A DNA stretch of 64,000 nucleotides from Eledone cirrhosa (taxonomy: Eukaryota). The stretch covers positions 230,888,001 through 230,952,000 of the forward strand of contig OZ024742.1 in assembly GCA_964016885.1 (NCBI GenBank), written 5' to 3'. A program made the position numbers and the translations under genes. Shown piece after piece: positions 14,860 through 28,840 of this stretch. Position 1 is the stretch's first letter. Every line of letters starts with the position of its first letter. Under the pieces are notes generated by a model that saw only the letters and a program-made list of their open reading frames with translations, was not told the origin of the DNA and ran no database searches.

Positions 14860-15245
14860 GCCGTGAAGCTTTTATAGTGAGCAAAGGCACTGCACAAAGC
14901 CAGTCCCACTCTCTTAACCAAGATGATATTTACCAAAAAGAAGAACAAGTCAACATCATTGGATACTATCGGGGTTGCAGATGTTATATCAGAGTTTTCC
15001 TTCTCCTAGAATTCTGCCTTGACAAAGGCTAAGGGGTCATCTCTCCCGGTGATTTTGGATGGCCATTGACTCTTAAGAGCTCCTTTGCCCTTTGACAGGT
15101 TTTGTTTTTAGTCCTGCAGGATGTCCAAAGTCACCCTCCTCACCAAGAAACCTTGGTGGGGTTGCCAGTTTAGTCGCCAACGACCCGACCATGAGACAGG
15201 TTGTACTGGGATACATGTTACCAGTAGCACCAACTGGTGACCTGA
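14860..15245. mobile_element. dispersed repeat, probably a LINE (RTE-like) UTR or derived SINE; copies at ~47125-47300 (inverted) and 49520-49900
   Basis: Shared TCCTGCAGG.TG.CCAAA.TCACCCTCCTCACCAAG..ACTTGGTGGGGTTGC..GTTTAGT.GCC. The family assignment is an inference. Confidence 0.6.
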
Positions 15246-15669
15246 CATATACATACATACATACATACATACTAGCTGACATTAATACATTCACTTATAA
15301 ATACATTCACTTATAAATACATTCACACTCACATACATTCTTCATCAAGCTTCTTACATAAAATTATGATGGAAGCTTTTTACATAACTAACAACACATT
15401 AACACTTCCGTTACCATTTTTTCTAATGAAAGACTATAATTTGCAAATAATCAAAGTTTCATTATTTATGGCGAAGTTACAAGTCTGTACATCTAATATC
15501 ATTATAATCTCAGCGACACGAAGCAAGGTGTCACAATTCCATCCACATAGGTTTTCCTGACTATGAAATAATATTACACCGAAGTATTGTTTAAATCTGA
15601 TTTAATTCTATAGCTTCTACTAACATGCATTTACACATACACACCACACCACACTCCAAATACACACAC

Positions 15670-15705
<36 letters not shown>

Positions 15706-15766
15706 ACGTATATATATATATATATGTGTGTGTGTGTATATATATATATATGTATGTATATATATA

Positions 15767-15796
<30 letters not shown>

Positions 15797-15800
<4 letters not shown>

Positions 15801-15998
15801 AACTAGTATGACCCCGACGGCAGAGCTCAAGCCGTTTCGACGGCTAATTCTGAACTGAATTAGTCCAGAATTAGCCGTCGAAACGGCTTGAGCTCTGCCG
15901 TCGGGGTCATACTTGTTCCTATTACCCACTCTACTACCTTAAGTATTGAGTACTTTGATGCGTTATGGTCCATCTGGTTCCTTACCACATTTCCTTCG

Positions 15999-16001
<3 letters not shown>
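15797..16001 (+). mobile_element. family A fold-back element
   Basis: Palindrome centred ~15858 plus a 3' tail ending TTCCTTCGT(TA)n. Confidence 0.88.
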
Positions 16002-16039
<38 letters not shown>

Positions 16040-16125
16040 CCTATATATGTATATATATATATGTATGCATATATGCATATGTGCGTATGTATATATGTTT
16101 ATAAATGCATATATATATATATAAA

Positions 16126-16256
16126 TTCGGGACCCCGACGGCTGAGTTCCTGCCGTTTCAACAGCTAGATACGAACATATTACCCACTCTACTACCCCAA
16201 GTATCGAGTACTCTCGGGAGTTAATGGTCTAACAGGTTTTACCGCTTCCATTCTGA
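16126..16256. mobile_element. diverged family A relative with internal inversion
   Basis: The hammerhead half is inverted relative to the ATTACCCACTCTACTACCC tail. Related to 27576-27633. Confidence 0.6.
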
Positions 16257-16301
16257 TATATATATATATTTATATTTATATTTATGTGCGTGTGTATATA
16301 T

Positions 16302-16350
<49 letters not shown>

Positions 16351-16656
16351 AGCGTGCATGTGTATGTGCGTGTATAGAGAAAGGAAGAGAGAAATATGTA
16401 TGCATGTTATACTACTGTATTTACTTACTTTACATATATTGCTCTGAAGTGATAAAGTACTTTACACATAATTATATATTCAACATTCAATTAAAAGCAC
16501 TATGCACAGTAGATGCATATTCACAAGTGTAATACGATGTGCCCACGTGGTTGTGCAGCATCTGTTTCATTAAGTGAATTAACTTTTTTGACATCAGACC
16601 GCATGAAACTGCCGTTGGCTCTATGATACAAACTATTACTTTTAAAGTAGTACATA

Positions 16657-16804
16657 CTGTATTTCGCGGCGCCGAAGACGCTTCGTCCTCGGGGACGCAA
16701 CCTAATTTTGACAACCAAAAATTTGAAAAAAATATAATAAACAACCTTCGGCCTCCAAGACGCATGGTATGTATTTGAGACTTATTCGGCGCCGGGAAAT
16801 ATGG
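16657..16804. mobile_element. Tc1/mariner(pogo-like) MITE
   Basis: TA-CTGTATTTCGCGGCGCCGAA...TTCGGCGCCGGGAAATATGG-TA, i.e. TIRs with a TA TSD. Second copy at 26065. Confidence 0.75.
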
Positions 16805-17560
16805 TATTTAAAAACCTTCAATCTTAATTTTAGGTATGAAGATTTAAATTCGGTTCCAAACACCAGATAAACAACACTAAATTTAGTTATGTTACTAAAT
16901 CCCTCACATTTCTTTGAAAAATATAGACTGTCGTTAGATATAAAACCTTCCGTCATAATTTCGTGTAGAAAGCTTTGTCATGTTCCAAATAGCGCATAAA
17001 TAATGGGAAAGTTACTTATATCACTACATCTCTCTAAACATGATTATTTTGAAATTATTAGAAAATCATGGGCAATATCTTTCATTAGAAATATGTTAAA
17101 GAAAAGGCTAATAAATCCATCTTTACTTCACTCTTCCTTATACTCCAACATAACCATTCGCTTCTAGATTGTTCTTACTGATGTAACAATGCAATCATTT
17201 TCTAATCTTTTCAGAGATTAATCTATCCAATGTTTTTAACTGCTAATAGCTTGCAATAAAGTCAGCAGCAATAGTATATTATGAACATAGATAAAAAGAC
17301 TTCAGGAGAAAGATCACGTGTATCGAGATAAGTCCGATAATATCGAGCTTACAGAAGCATTACCTCGATGTTGTTTTCTGCAATAATACTATCTCAATTT
17401 GGTAAGAGACGTGACAAAAATGTCGCTGCTCTGTTCTGATAAGGACACGACAAAGATTCAATAGAAATATCGTACAATAATAAGCGAACAGAGCGCATGA
17501 AGAATCACTTGCTTCGCAGATTATCAGCCAGATACCCCTAATGTCATTGATTCTCAATCA

Positions 17561-17628
<68 letters not shown>

Positions 17629-17633
17629 AAATA

Positions 17634-17674
<41 letters not shown>

Positions 17675-18288
17675 GGTTGTATATATATATATATATGCTC
17701 CGTAGAGGTGGGTATAGATATGCACAGCTAAAAATATGTATGCACGTATGTACGCACACACACACACACACATACATACATACATACATACATACATACA
17801 TACATACATACACTCTCAAATATATATATATGTATATTAATGTATACGCTTGCAGTCTATCAAGTACTTTACATCAGTAAAGTGAAAATAACAGTAGCGG
17901 GCACAATCTGAGAAATAAATATATCTTCATGGAGGATAATCAGGCGATACTATGAATATACAGTTAGTTCGATTCTTCGTTCCACTACTCCACAATTTAA
18001 TACGATTTGAGGAATATTCCAAGTTTAGTTATTGTTGTTTAATGGCAATATTTTGAATTTTTCTGTCGTCCGGCTCTCTAATAAATTTCTTTATTGGATC
18101 TTCGTCGGTTTCCAAGATGACTGTTTGCACGAGAGGTGTATTTCCACAGCCTTGCTAAGCCACCACTGACTAAATGACCGCTGTTTAGATGCGTTCCATT
18201 TTTGTTTCAATCTTTGTATTGTGGTTTTGCGTCAGCTGTTTCTCTTTTGTTTGTTTGTCTTTGTTCTGTTTGTTTTATTTTACTCAGT

Positions 18289-18352
18289 CCAGCAGCCCAC
18301 CAGCAGCCTACGAGAGGCCCACCAGCGGCCCACCAGCAGCCAACCAGTGGCC
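18289..18352. repeat. GC-rich short tandem repeat (CCACCAGCAGC-like units)
   Basis: Read directly from the sequence. Confidence 0.75.
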
Positions 18353-19543
18353 CAACAATTATGGCCCAAAAGGCCATATGGTCAGTCCGCCACTGACTGA
18401 AGTCAATGTAATAAACTTTCTCGCTCACAAATTGCTGACACTGAGCATAAATTAATAAGTTATAGACAAGGCTTTAACACTTTTTTACCATCTTTCTAAT
18501 TAAATACACTGTCTGTGTTTCAGTTACTTTTTAATAGAATCAAAAATATTGACCAACTCTATATTATTAGCACAAAACTTAATTAACAAAAAGCCTTTTG
18601 CATAAAAATATTATAAAAGCTTAGATTTAAATATGAATGCTTTAAAATGGGACTGTTTTTTATCATAGAACCAAGGGTGGTTTCAGGCGGGTTAGCATCA
18701 AAAAGGCTGAATATTATTCGGCCCTCTACGATTAATCGTAATCAGAATTTGGAATATGAATATTTTTTTAATGCATTTGTTCGTGTTATCATGTGTTATG
18801 CTGCGTTAACCCATGATTGTCACCTGTTAACCGATGCTGGTCACATATCATATTAACTAGTGGTGGTCGTCACCTGCTAGGTTAACTGATGTTGGTCACC
18901 TGTTTTATTAACTCATATTTGTCACTTGTTATATTAATTTATGGTATCTATGTATTAGGCTAAGCTATGAGGGTCACGTGTTATGTTGTGTGACGGTATT
19001 TATGTGTTATCTTAACTTATTATAATCGATGTTATGTTGGTTGACATTTACATTCTTATGGCGATCACTTAGCAGAAATGATGGCACAGCAGTCAAAAAT
19101 CAATGAATCACTGCCTACCAAACCATCGAGGTTACTGCCTCCCAATCGATGAAGGTTCAAACAAATCAGTGAGATTATGTGAGCTGAGCTGATCAGGCAG
19201 CTTTAAAGAGCTTTCTGTGTAAGACAGAAATCGATTTTTGAGCCAACTTAAAGAGCTGAACAACCTGTTAATAACATAGCAGTGTTGAAGTCTTGAACTG
19301 GACACAGAGCTATAATAAGGGAATCTCAGTCTTCGTTAATTAGGTTCCATGTGTCAGATGTTACCACATTATATGGGACTAGAATCTGATATTGAGCTTC
19401 CACGGTTTCTAATTAACAGTTCTTCCAACCATTGACATTTATTTGATAAAAATTGACTCACTGCTTCAAAGGGAATACTTTGGACCATTCACACACACTC
19501 ACATATTCTCACATAACCAAACATACACAAACATGCATAACCT

Positions 19544-19597
<54 letters not shown>

Positions 19598-20119
19598 ACA
19601 CACAAACCATACAGAAACACAGACATGTACTCTCTCACTCTCGCTTTCTCTCTCACTCATTCTGTCTAACACACTCACACACACACACACAACCACATGT
19701 ACACGCACACTTTATCTCTCCCTCCCATACACACACACAAACACACAATAAAATAAACATAAACACGTCCACACACATCCATGCAAACAAACAAAATAAA
19801 CACAATTCTATCGAAAAGAAAATAGACTAAAACGAATTAACCTTAATTTAACCGGAAATCACATTTCTTCAAATACATCCATTTTTAAAGGGAAGTGTTA
19901 AGAGAGACTCTTAAAATGCTATAAAATGCTAACCTCTGATGTCAGCTTCTCTGATTGTAATTCTAGTTGACAGACTTGCATATAAAACGCTATAAAATGC
20001 CTCTGCTTTCCTCGTTAAATGCACTGGAATGCTTTTCCTGCATATTCCAACCCTTAAAACTAACAGTGTGTGTAATTACAAATATGCTCTAACCTCTTTT
20101 GTTTTCTGTTCAATTTCTT

Positions 20120-20475
20120 TACCTTTTTACCTCCGAATAGTTTAATAGTATTGTGTTTTCAGCCTTGCAAATTTAAACCCCAAATTGTCTTTATGTGACC
20201 TACCTTACGTTATTATATTTACATGTAGAAATTTGTCTCTTTTTCTGTGTAATTCTATTTTAAATTATTTGTTTTAGTGAGATGAAGGGATAAAATGTTT
20301 TTACCTCCGAATAGATTAATGGTATTATGTTTTGAGTCTTGCAAATTTAACCCCAAATCATTGGTGACCTATCGTACATTATATTATATTGACACGTAGA
20401 AAGAGTAGTTTGCCTTATTCCTGTTATTTTCTAAATCTATTTTGAATTGTTGTTTGTTTTAGAGATAAAGAGGTA
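20120..20475. repeat. degenerate tandem duplication, ~175 bp unit
   Basis: TTTTTACCTCCGAATAG..TAAT.GTATT...CTTGCAAATTTAA.CCCCAAAT occurs at ~20124 and ~20298. Confidence 0.8.
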
Positions 20476-21899
20476 TAAAATCTGTCAATCATATCTCATA
20501 AGTTTCTTGAAATAACATAAAATTCAAAACATTATCACACGTCGTCGATTCTCCTCTTTGCATGTTTTGAGTTCAAATCCTGCCGAGGTCAAATTTACCT
20601 TTCAGCCTTTCGGAGTTGATGAATAAAATAATAATTAAGTATCGGTTGAATGTCAAAATTATTCTAAGCGTCGGAGCGATACTATGTGTTATGTGTTTAA
20701 ATCCCACCTCATTCGACTGGAAAAGCAGTGACTTTTCTGACATAAATTCATACCTACAAGAATGGAAAACCTCAATAACAATTAAAAACATAGCTTCCTT
20801 GGGTCAATCTACCGATTTACTTTTTTATGATGGCAAAGATTACCCACGCTTTTCAAAGAATGCTAGATCAAGTCTGTTATTTTAGTTTTCAATTTGATTC
20901 ATTTTGGACAGAATTAATTTCTAGTAAATTAGTAAATAACACAAAATACAGTTTGAAGCTATTTATTAAAATTGAAAATTGTTAACTACTTAAGTTATAC
21001 GTCACTAGCCACACAGTGTTCTTTTCTAGAATAGATAACTTTAGCTCTCTACTAGAATAGATCATTACTTCCTATGTGTAATAGTGAATATAAAAGTATA
21101 GAAAAACATAGTAATTTGCCCCTAACTGACGAATCTAGGATTAAAACTCTAACAAACGGAAAATACATTTCATGGACGTTAAATACAGATAAAAGAAGTT
21201 GGAGACACTTTTCCTAACATTAAGAGAGTAGTTAATGTGGCATAAAATAACCATTCCTGTAACTGAACACACTCAGCAGAGATAAAAGGAATATAATTGC
21301 CTGTTCATGAACTATAAGATTTGACTTGAAATGCTGCTAAGAGATTTGAATAAGTATATATTGGAATCATATTAGGTTTACAAGAATAAGTTTGGGTTAA
21401 GAGAAAATTGTATAATGTAAATTTATTTTGAAAGTGGGAAATTATATTGGAATTTTTTTTACTAAATGTCTACATGGATTTTGACACTTCTCTTTCTAAC
21501 CTAACACCTGCCAACAAAACAAACGTTTTGGCTAATAATATGGTTAAAACAGATAGATAAACAATATAGTGGAGGAAAGTCTCTTTGGTGTTTTTATAAT
21601 AAAACTTAATCTAAATTTCATTTCAGTCAAACTATTTAATGTTCAAAATCAAAATGTTGTTTGTGTCTAAATATATTAACGTAAAATTATTATATGCATC
21701 TTCGTTCATTGGTACTTCAGTTTCTCCGGGGTAGAGGAGTAATCCATTCAGTGGGTTAATTAGACGTTGGCTTCCATGAGACTCTAGTATCAGTACAATA
21801 CAATACAATTCAGTACGGTTGTCCCGTGGAACGCTCCTAAGAGTTCGTTTGCGCAAGTAGTAGGAAACATAAGGCACTACTCTATGTGTTCACAAAGTT

Positions 21900-22313
21900 C
21901 ATTATATCGACCCCAGTACTATTTTATCGACCACGAAAGGATGAAATGCAAACTTTACCTCGGCGGGATTCGAATGCAGAATATAAAAGGTCATAACTAT
22001 ATGCCTGAAAGCATGTTGTCTGACTCTTTACCGATACTGCCAATCCACCGCCTAGTACCAGTCAACCACAGATACATATAATCTTCTTTAATAAGGATTT
22101 CTGATTTAGGAACAAGGTCAACAGTTTTGCGAGGAGAGGAAAGTCGATTAAATTGATCCCAGTGCATTACTAGTGTTTTATTTTTATCGACCTCGTAAGG
22201 ATGAAAAGCTAAGCTAACCTCGGTGGGATTTGAACTCAGAACGTAAAGAGGTGTAACTCTATGCCCCGAAGCATGGTATCCGACGCTCTAACGATGGTAC
22301 CTATCCACCACCC
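21900..22313 (-). mobile_element. two family-1 SINEs
   Basis: Copies at ~21900-22052 and 22095-22313. The latter has a 16-bp TSD TAATCTTCTTTAATAA (22079-22094, 22314-22329). Confidence 0.85.
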
Positions 22314-22762
22314 TAATCTTCTTTAATAATAAAAATCGATTTCGCATCTGTTCGTCCGTCCACTTCCAATTAGTTAATGCAGGCAGATTTAATTCGTGTT
22401 CGACAAGGGCAATTTAAAAAGAGTTTCAATGCAATGTTTTACTTGCCCTAATAACGATTCGAATGTAAATATATATTATAACAACGATAATAATTCAATT
22501 GTAAATAAAAGCGTATATAACGATTCGAATGTAAAAAATATATTCAATAAGTTTGTATGTTTAAAAGTCTTATAGGCCCTGCCCAAAGGTTTAGGTCTAG
22601 TACTTCCGTCCCAGGCATCATCTATCCATAACTCTCTCTCTCTGCTCATATTTTTTTCTACAGATATCGAATTGCAACAGTTTAATCTCTGTGATGGAGC
22701 TGGTTGTAGAAGTCATGGGACCTGCTCCTCCTTCTAGACCTGGCAGAGAAAAAATATATATA

Positions 22763-23140
22763 AGCACTGGTATGACAGTGTGATTAAGGTGTTTGATTCG
22801 ATACCATGACATTTCAAGTTCAGATTAACTGCGTAGCCTCTTATTTAAGTGTATCATACTATACACTCGGAATGATTAATTGATTGTGAATGAAATTTGC
22901 TAGACGGAAACTCTATGGAAGCCCATCCTGTATACGTATATATGTGCGTGTTCGCGTGTGTCTCTGTCTATTTGCGCTTACTGTTTATGTCTCCTGAGTT
23001 AACAATTGAACAAAAACGATCGGTAAAATAGGTACCAGACTTGAGAACAATAAGTAATATGTTGAATTGATCGACTAAATGCCTTCAGGGTGTAGCTCTA
23101 GCATGGCCACGGTAAAAAGTAAAAAAGAAAAGAAAAGCTA
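22763..23140 (+). mobile_element. degenerate tRNA-derived SINE, family 2
   Basis: tRNA-like head, internal TAGACGGAAACT...GAAGCCC and 3' tail CTCTAGCATGGCCAC...GTAAAAAAGAAAAGAAAAG. Confidence 0.65.
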
Positions 23141-25975
23141 AATACACATCAGTGTGATTCGATGAAACACATGACATCAGATATTTATAACCTACAACTA
23201 TACATGCTAACTTTTGTAAAACAGAAATAAATTTGTCTTTACCATTTTTCGGTGGTTCGTTTTACTTAATAATGTTATACATTGTTAATGTCACTGGCAC
23301 CAGATAATTATTCTAAATAATTCGGTTGGCAGATAATTAATAGAATATAAAAATATTTCCTGGAGCTTGAGATCATTAAAGAGTCGGTAGCTAAGAAGCC
23401 ATCATCTAGTATACCATTTCTCGTACGAATAGCTTTATAATAGAGCGAAGACTACCTATAGTTCCTGTGAAATGGTTATATCTGCACAAAACACTGTCTC
23501 ATTAAGACATGCCATGGGATAAGAGATATGTATCTTTTCCAATTAGAGTAATTGCAACGGCAATTAACGACTGTACAGACACACCTTAATAACATTCGTT
23601 ACCTGTAAGATAAAAGAGAAAAAAATCTATTTCACTTGATAAAATGACATGGAATATTTTAATTAGCAAAAGCCCCTGAGTTATTCACAGTTTCTTAATT
23701 AATTACATTTCCGTATTTGATATTCTCGGGATGTAACTTTCAAATCATTGCAAAGTATTCTTTACATTAAAACAAAAGAAAAAAATGCCTTCATCATTTC
23801 AACTTGGAATCATTTATTGAAGTGTGTTCCGCGCTGAATAAATGCTAAATCTGTTAAGAAGACTATCTCCTCATTAATGTCCAATAAGATTCCTCTTTGT
23901 GTCAAACAGAAAATAAAACAGATGTAGTAATATTTTATATATACTAAATAGCAGAGAATTCGATTGGATGAAATGATAACCAATAAAATGAAATTTGAAA
24001 CCAACTTTTGCAATACAATCGTTTTTTATCATTCAAATCAGATACGTACTTCATTTAGATGTCAGAGTGATCTATCACGAGTCCATGTGATGCAAATTAG
24101 TTTATTTTTCCTTGTCTCTACTATAACATTGTTCTGTGCGAGAGAAAACCCCCGGTGGAGTTAAATTCCATAAATGTTCTCATCATTCAATCAGATATTA
24201 AGTAACCCTGACCACAATGGAGTGGTTTTAATTAATTTTACAACAAACGATTTGATAATATCCGACAACAGTTGGAATTAAAATGAACTTCTGGCGGTTT
24301 CGACAATGAGTGTTCCAGTTGTTCCAGCTGCTCCTAAAATTAACGTGTAAGTGATGAGATGTAGTCCGATAATTGTTAGAGCTGCTTCGGTAGACGCGGC
24401 GACACGTTCAGAATAATTTTATGAACTGTTTAACATCCAATGGACTATGGTCGTCTTTAGCATTCAACTCACGGTGGGGTCGTAGGGATGCCGTAGTTAT
24501 ATATGGCGTGTCTTTGGAATTTCAAACCTGGCGGAGCCCATCTTTCTCCAAATCTGGACACAACTGATTTCTTGCAAAGAAATAGAGAAAGTGAGAATAA
24601 GATATAGGGGAAGGATCGACCCCACTACCAGACTAGCACTTTATCTGTCGTCCTTGAAAGGATGAAAGTCAAAGTTGACCTTGGTAGGATTTGAACTCAG
24701 ATTTGAACAGAGAGCTGGAACGAATACTCTGTAGCATTCTATCCGACGTTTAAGCAGTTCAGCGCCTATGACTAAAGTATTAAGTTATTCTAATCAGAAC
24801 AAACCGTAGCCATAATATATGAATATATTCTAGGTTTGTAAAATAATGAGTACCAAAATATATTTCATTTAAGAGGTTAAACTTACTAATCAATATATGG
24901 AACAGTTTCGTTATCTTGAGCTTCCAAGTCTGTCGGAATAACGTTGGACTAGCTGATAAAATATAGTATATTCTTTTTAAAAGGGATTCCAGAGACCGCA
25001 GTAGTTATCTATAATATAACGATTTTAAATATTCCTAGTGGTGGTAGTCTGTTTTTCTATGACAAGTATTGCTACTACAGTCCTATTTGGGATCTTGCTT
25101 TGTCATGCAGGCTAAAGTTAGTTTCATTTTTAAATAAGGAGCATTCATGTCATAGAAAAAGATCGACATTTATTATTATTTTTTGATGTTATCATAGTCA
25201 TCATTGGAAGATTTCTGTGTTATAATGATTTGTATCGTAGCTTACTTTATTTAACAAAAATATGTATCAGACTTTCTTGTGAAAGTGTCGTACTACATAA
25301 CATTATATAACATTAATAACCTCCTCCTGAAAACGTTTGCTGTTAATATTCGTTTTGGATCCTACTGTAATTATAAGTCGTGCTGCTTGATATGTGTTTT
25401 AGCAAAGAGCTTGTATTCTTTCAGTCTAATTCTAAAACATCATATGTTCTAATAGCAATTGCAACTACAAATCTGTTAATGACATTCATTGTGTTTTTAG
25501 CATTTAAATTAGTTTTTAGAATTGACTGTTAAATCATTATTTTTCCTTTCTATTTGTATAACTTTCATAATTTTGCTCTCTTTGTACACATGTACATGTA
25601 GAATTAAACGCTATTCAACTCTTGTATTATTTTTACTCTAACTCGTCACTCTACTTTAAGTGTTTAAGTCAATTTAAAGTGTTTTCAAGTGTTATGGAGA
25701 ATTTAATGTCTTCATTAAATTCTCTTACCTCGAACTCATGGAGCCAGCTATGTCACACATGGTCACCCTAAATCTCACTGAGAATTACTTTGGGGATACA
25801 CATGTCTGTAGAATGCTCAGTCATTTAAAAGTTAATTTCACAAGCAGGCTGTTTCATTGATCGAACAACTGGTATACTGATCATTTAAACCAACGGGGCT
25901 CCATTCCATACTCGTTACAAGCAGAGAATTTAGAATTTATAATAAACGAAGCCAAATTTTACATGTTGACTTACC

Positions 25976-26064
<89 letters not shown>

Positions 26065-26066
<2 letters not shown>

Positions 26067-26285
26067 GTATTTCCCGGCGTCGAAAACGCTTCGTCGCCCT
26101 CGAGGACGCACCCTCATTATTACATGGGTAATTGCTGGCCTTGAGCCTAAAGAAGAAACAATTATTACAACCAAAACTACGAAAAAAAATAATAAATAAA
26201 CTTCGGCCTCCAGGACGCATGGTAGATAGATTTTTTTAGACTTATTTTAGGAAAAAACTAGCGTCTTCGACGCAGGGAAATACGG
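26065..26285. mobile_element. Tc1/mariner(pogo-like) MITE with nested SINE 3' fragment
   Basis: TIRs CCGTATTTCCCGGCGTCGAAAACGC and GCGTCTTCGACGCAGGGAAATACGG. A 36-bp SINE tail at 26125-26160 has a 9-bp TSD ATTATTACA. Confidence 0.82.
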
Positions 26286-27630
26286 TTTATATTTATATGT
26301 ACATAAATATATATATATGTGTTGTATGTCTGTGTGTGTATGCGTGTGAGCTTAAAATAAATTAAACTTTACGTGTAGTATTATTCTAATTATCATCTTT
26401 AAAGCAATAATTAGTAAACTTCTACTTTTATCTACTTAGACAGGAAGATTAAACTGCTTTAGGAATAATTGTACCGTTTTCATTTATTTGCCAGGCACAA
26501 GCCACCTCGGTGCATACTAAACAGGGATTCTTTTAATATTACGTCGAAGACAGAGAAAATTACATTGTTGTATGGCGTGTACAAAACTTTTCACATAGGC
26601 GTAACGTACGTAGACCAAAAGAACTCTCCCTTCGTGTTATTGGAAATTAAAACAGCAATGCAGTGATGTGAGAAGATCCAATTTTACCAATGCTAAACAT
26701 AGTATTTCTACATCAACAGCAATTACTTTCAACAGAACTGTTACCGAGTTTCTAAACCAATTTTAAACGATAAAAGAACGAAGAAAAACAACACAAAACT
26801 TTAGACTATAACTTCATCTCCAGCCATGGGAATCAAAAGTATACTGTTGTAGGAGAGAAAATATACCAGTCTGTAAATTGAATTTACGATGAAGTAATGT
26901 CTTTAAAGAAATTAGATGCAGTGGTTAAGAAGACAAAGTTGATAATTCGATGCAAGAAATATTCTTTACTATAAAAACTGTTTCAGGGGTTTCAATTAGG
27001 TGGGAGAGACAGAGAGAGATGGGAGTAAACAAGTAAAGATACATGTGTGTGTGGTGTGTGCATGTGATCACAGCCCGTAGGCTGGAATAGATACAATGTC
27101 AATATATATCCATGTGTGGGCTTATATATTTATATCTCTGTGTTTATATATAAATAGAGAGAAAGAAATATATGTGTGTGTATAATATATATACATGTGT
27201 GTGTCTGTAAGTGTGTGTGTGAGTGTGTTATGCAGAAAAACGGAATTATAAAAAATTGTTTGAGGCATAACATTAAAGTAAATGTATAATTTTTTACCGA
27301 CACATATTGTGTTTCTGCAAACTGGTTATCTGACGTAATAAAAAAAGTTACTGCCGCGAGCTTTGTCGGAATTATTTGACGGTCAATATCCAGTTGTTCT
27401 TTTTTTTTATTACCAGGTCGAGCTTCCATATAGAGTCCATGCAGACGTCTCGTAGTAGTTTGGTTCGTTGTTGTCGTGTGCTAGTTTGGTTTGTAGTTTT
27501 CTTCCATTGAAAAGTGAAGGGGGTCTTTTTTGGTCTCCAATTCTTATCCACTAATTTACTATATATATATATATAGTTCGGATCTAGCTGTCGAAACGGC
27601 CGGAGCTCAGCCGTCGGGGGTCCTGAAACT

Positions 27631-27693
<63 letters not shown>

Positions 27694-28114
27694 CCTCTCT
27701 GACTCCCTCTCATTCTCCCTCTCCCTCCATCACTCACGTACTTACGTTATAGTCATATTTTTCTATCGAATTTAGCTAACATGTAAACAAATCATTTAAA
27801 TTCATTCAAAAAAATCTTAATTGTTTGTTTAATTTAGTAAATTGTCAGTCAACAAAGAACTACCTAGTGTGAGACTGAGCTCCATTAACAGATATGTGGT
27901 GGTTTATCGGCTGTTGGTTAAGTGATTTCTCCCGTCTGTGTTGATCTCCATAAAATATAAGAACATTATTGCAGTTTAATCAAGATAAGATTTGTTATCA
28001 AACTCTTTCGATTCAACAAAGCATTGTGGTTCGGTATACAGACGGTAGGTGGTTCAGTCACAGCAGACGATACACGTTTTTTCTATTATATTTAGCTTCT
28101 TCGTAGAAATCATA

Positions 28115-28163
<49 letters not shown>

Positions 28164-28262
28164 GAAGATATGGAGTTCATAGCAGTCATCTTTTAAGGGT
28201 CTTCACCCTATCTTATAAGCTATCTATCTAACACTTCTGCGCTTGAGCACTTTCTTTAAACT

Positions 28263-28302
<40 letters not shown>

Positions 28303-28603
28303 GGTAAGTTATTCCGGGTTGAATCGGAGGTAACCACAGTAAGAAAGGTACTTAATACATAGCAGAGTATAAAAGTTTTAATATAGATGAGATTCTACAG
28401 GATTAGAACTGTTTCATTCTTTAGAAATCATCAGGAATCCTGATGATTTCTAAAGAATAAAACAGTTCTAGTCCTGTAGAATCTCATCTATATTAAAACT
28501 ATATATATATATATATTCATCTGAATCATCGAGCGCTTGCCACACATTTCGGAAGTTGTTTTTCGTTAATTCCTAAGCCGAAATACGATTCTCGCTAATT
28601 TTA

Positions 28604-28648
<45 letters not shown>

Positions 28649-28840
28649 TTAATATAAATGAGATTCTACAGGATTAGAACTGTTTCATTCTTTCGAAATC
28701 ATCAGGATTCCTGATGATTTCTAAAGAATAAAACAGTTCTAGTCCTGTAGAATCTCATCTATATTAAAACTTTTATACTCTGCTATGTATTAAGTACCTT
28801 TCTTACTGTGGTTACCTCCGATTCAACCCGGAATAACTTA

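Noticed and set aside
15100-15245. Possible twister or HDV-like ribozyme in the RTE-like repeat (minus strand)
   Set aside because: Hairpins are present, but the conserved core and pseudoknot pairings could not be built by eye.
16540-16610. Hammerhead-like CTGATGT...GAAACAG on the minus strand (similar weak cases at ~1845-1915, 9300-9380, 17428-17475)
   Set aside because: Core mismatches plus a missing helix I or NUH make them indistinguishable from chance without family alignments.
20616-20885. 89-aa ORF of ordinary composition (also 2590-2930 and 23810-24013)
   Set aside because: No recognisable motif and no supporting exon structure; the 20616 ORF starts inside a SINE fragment.
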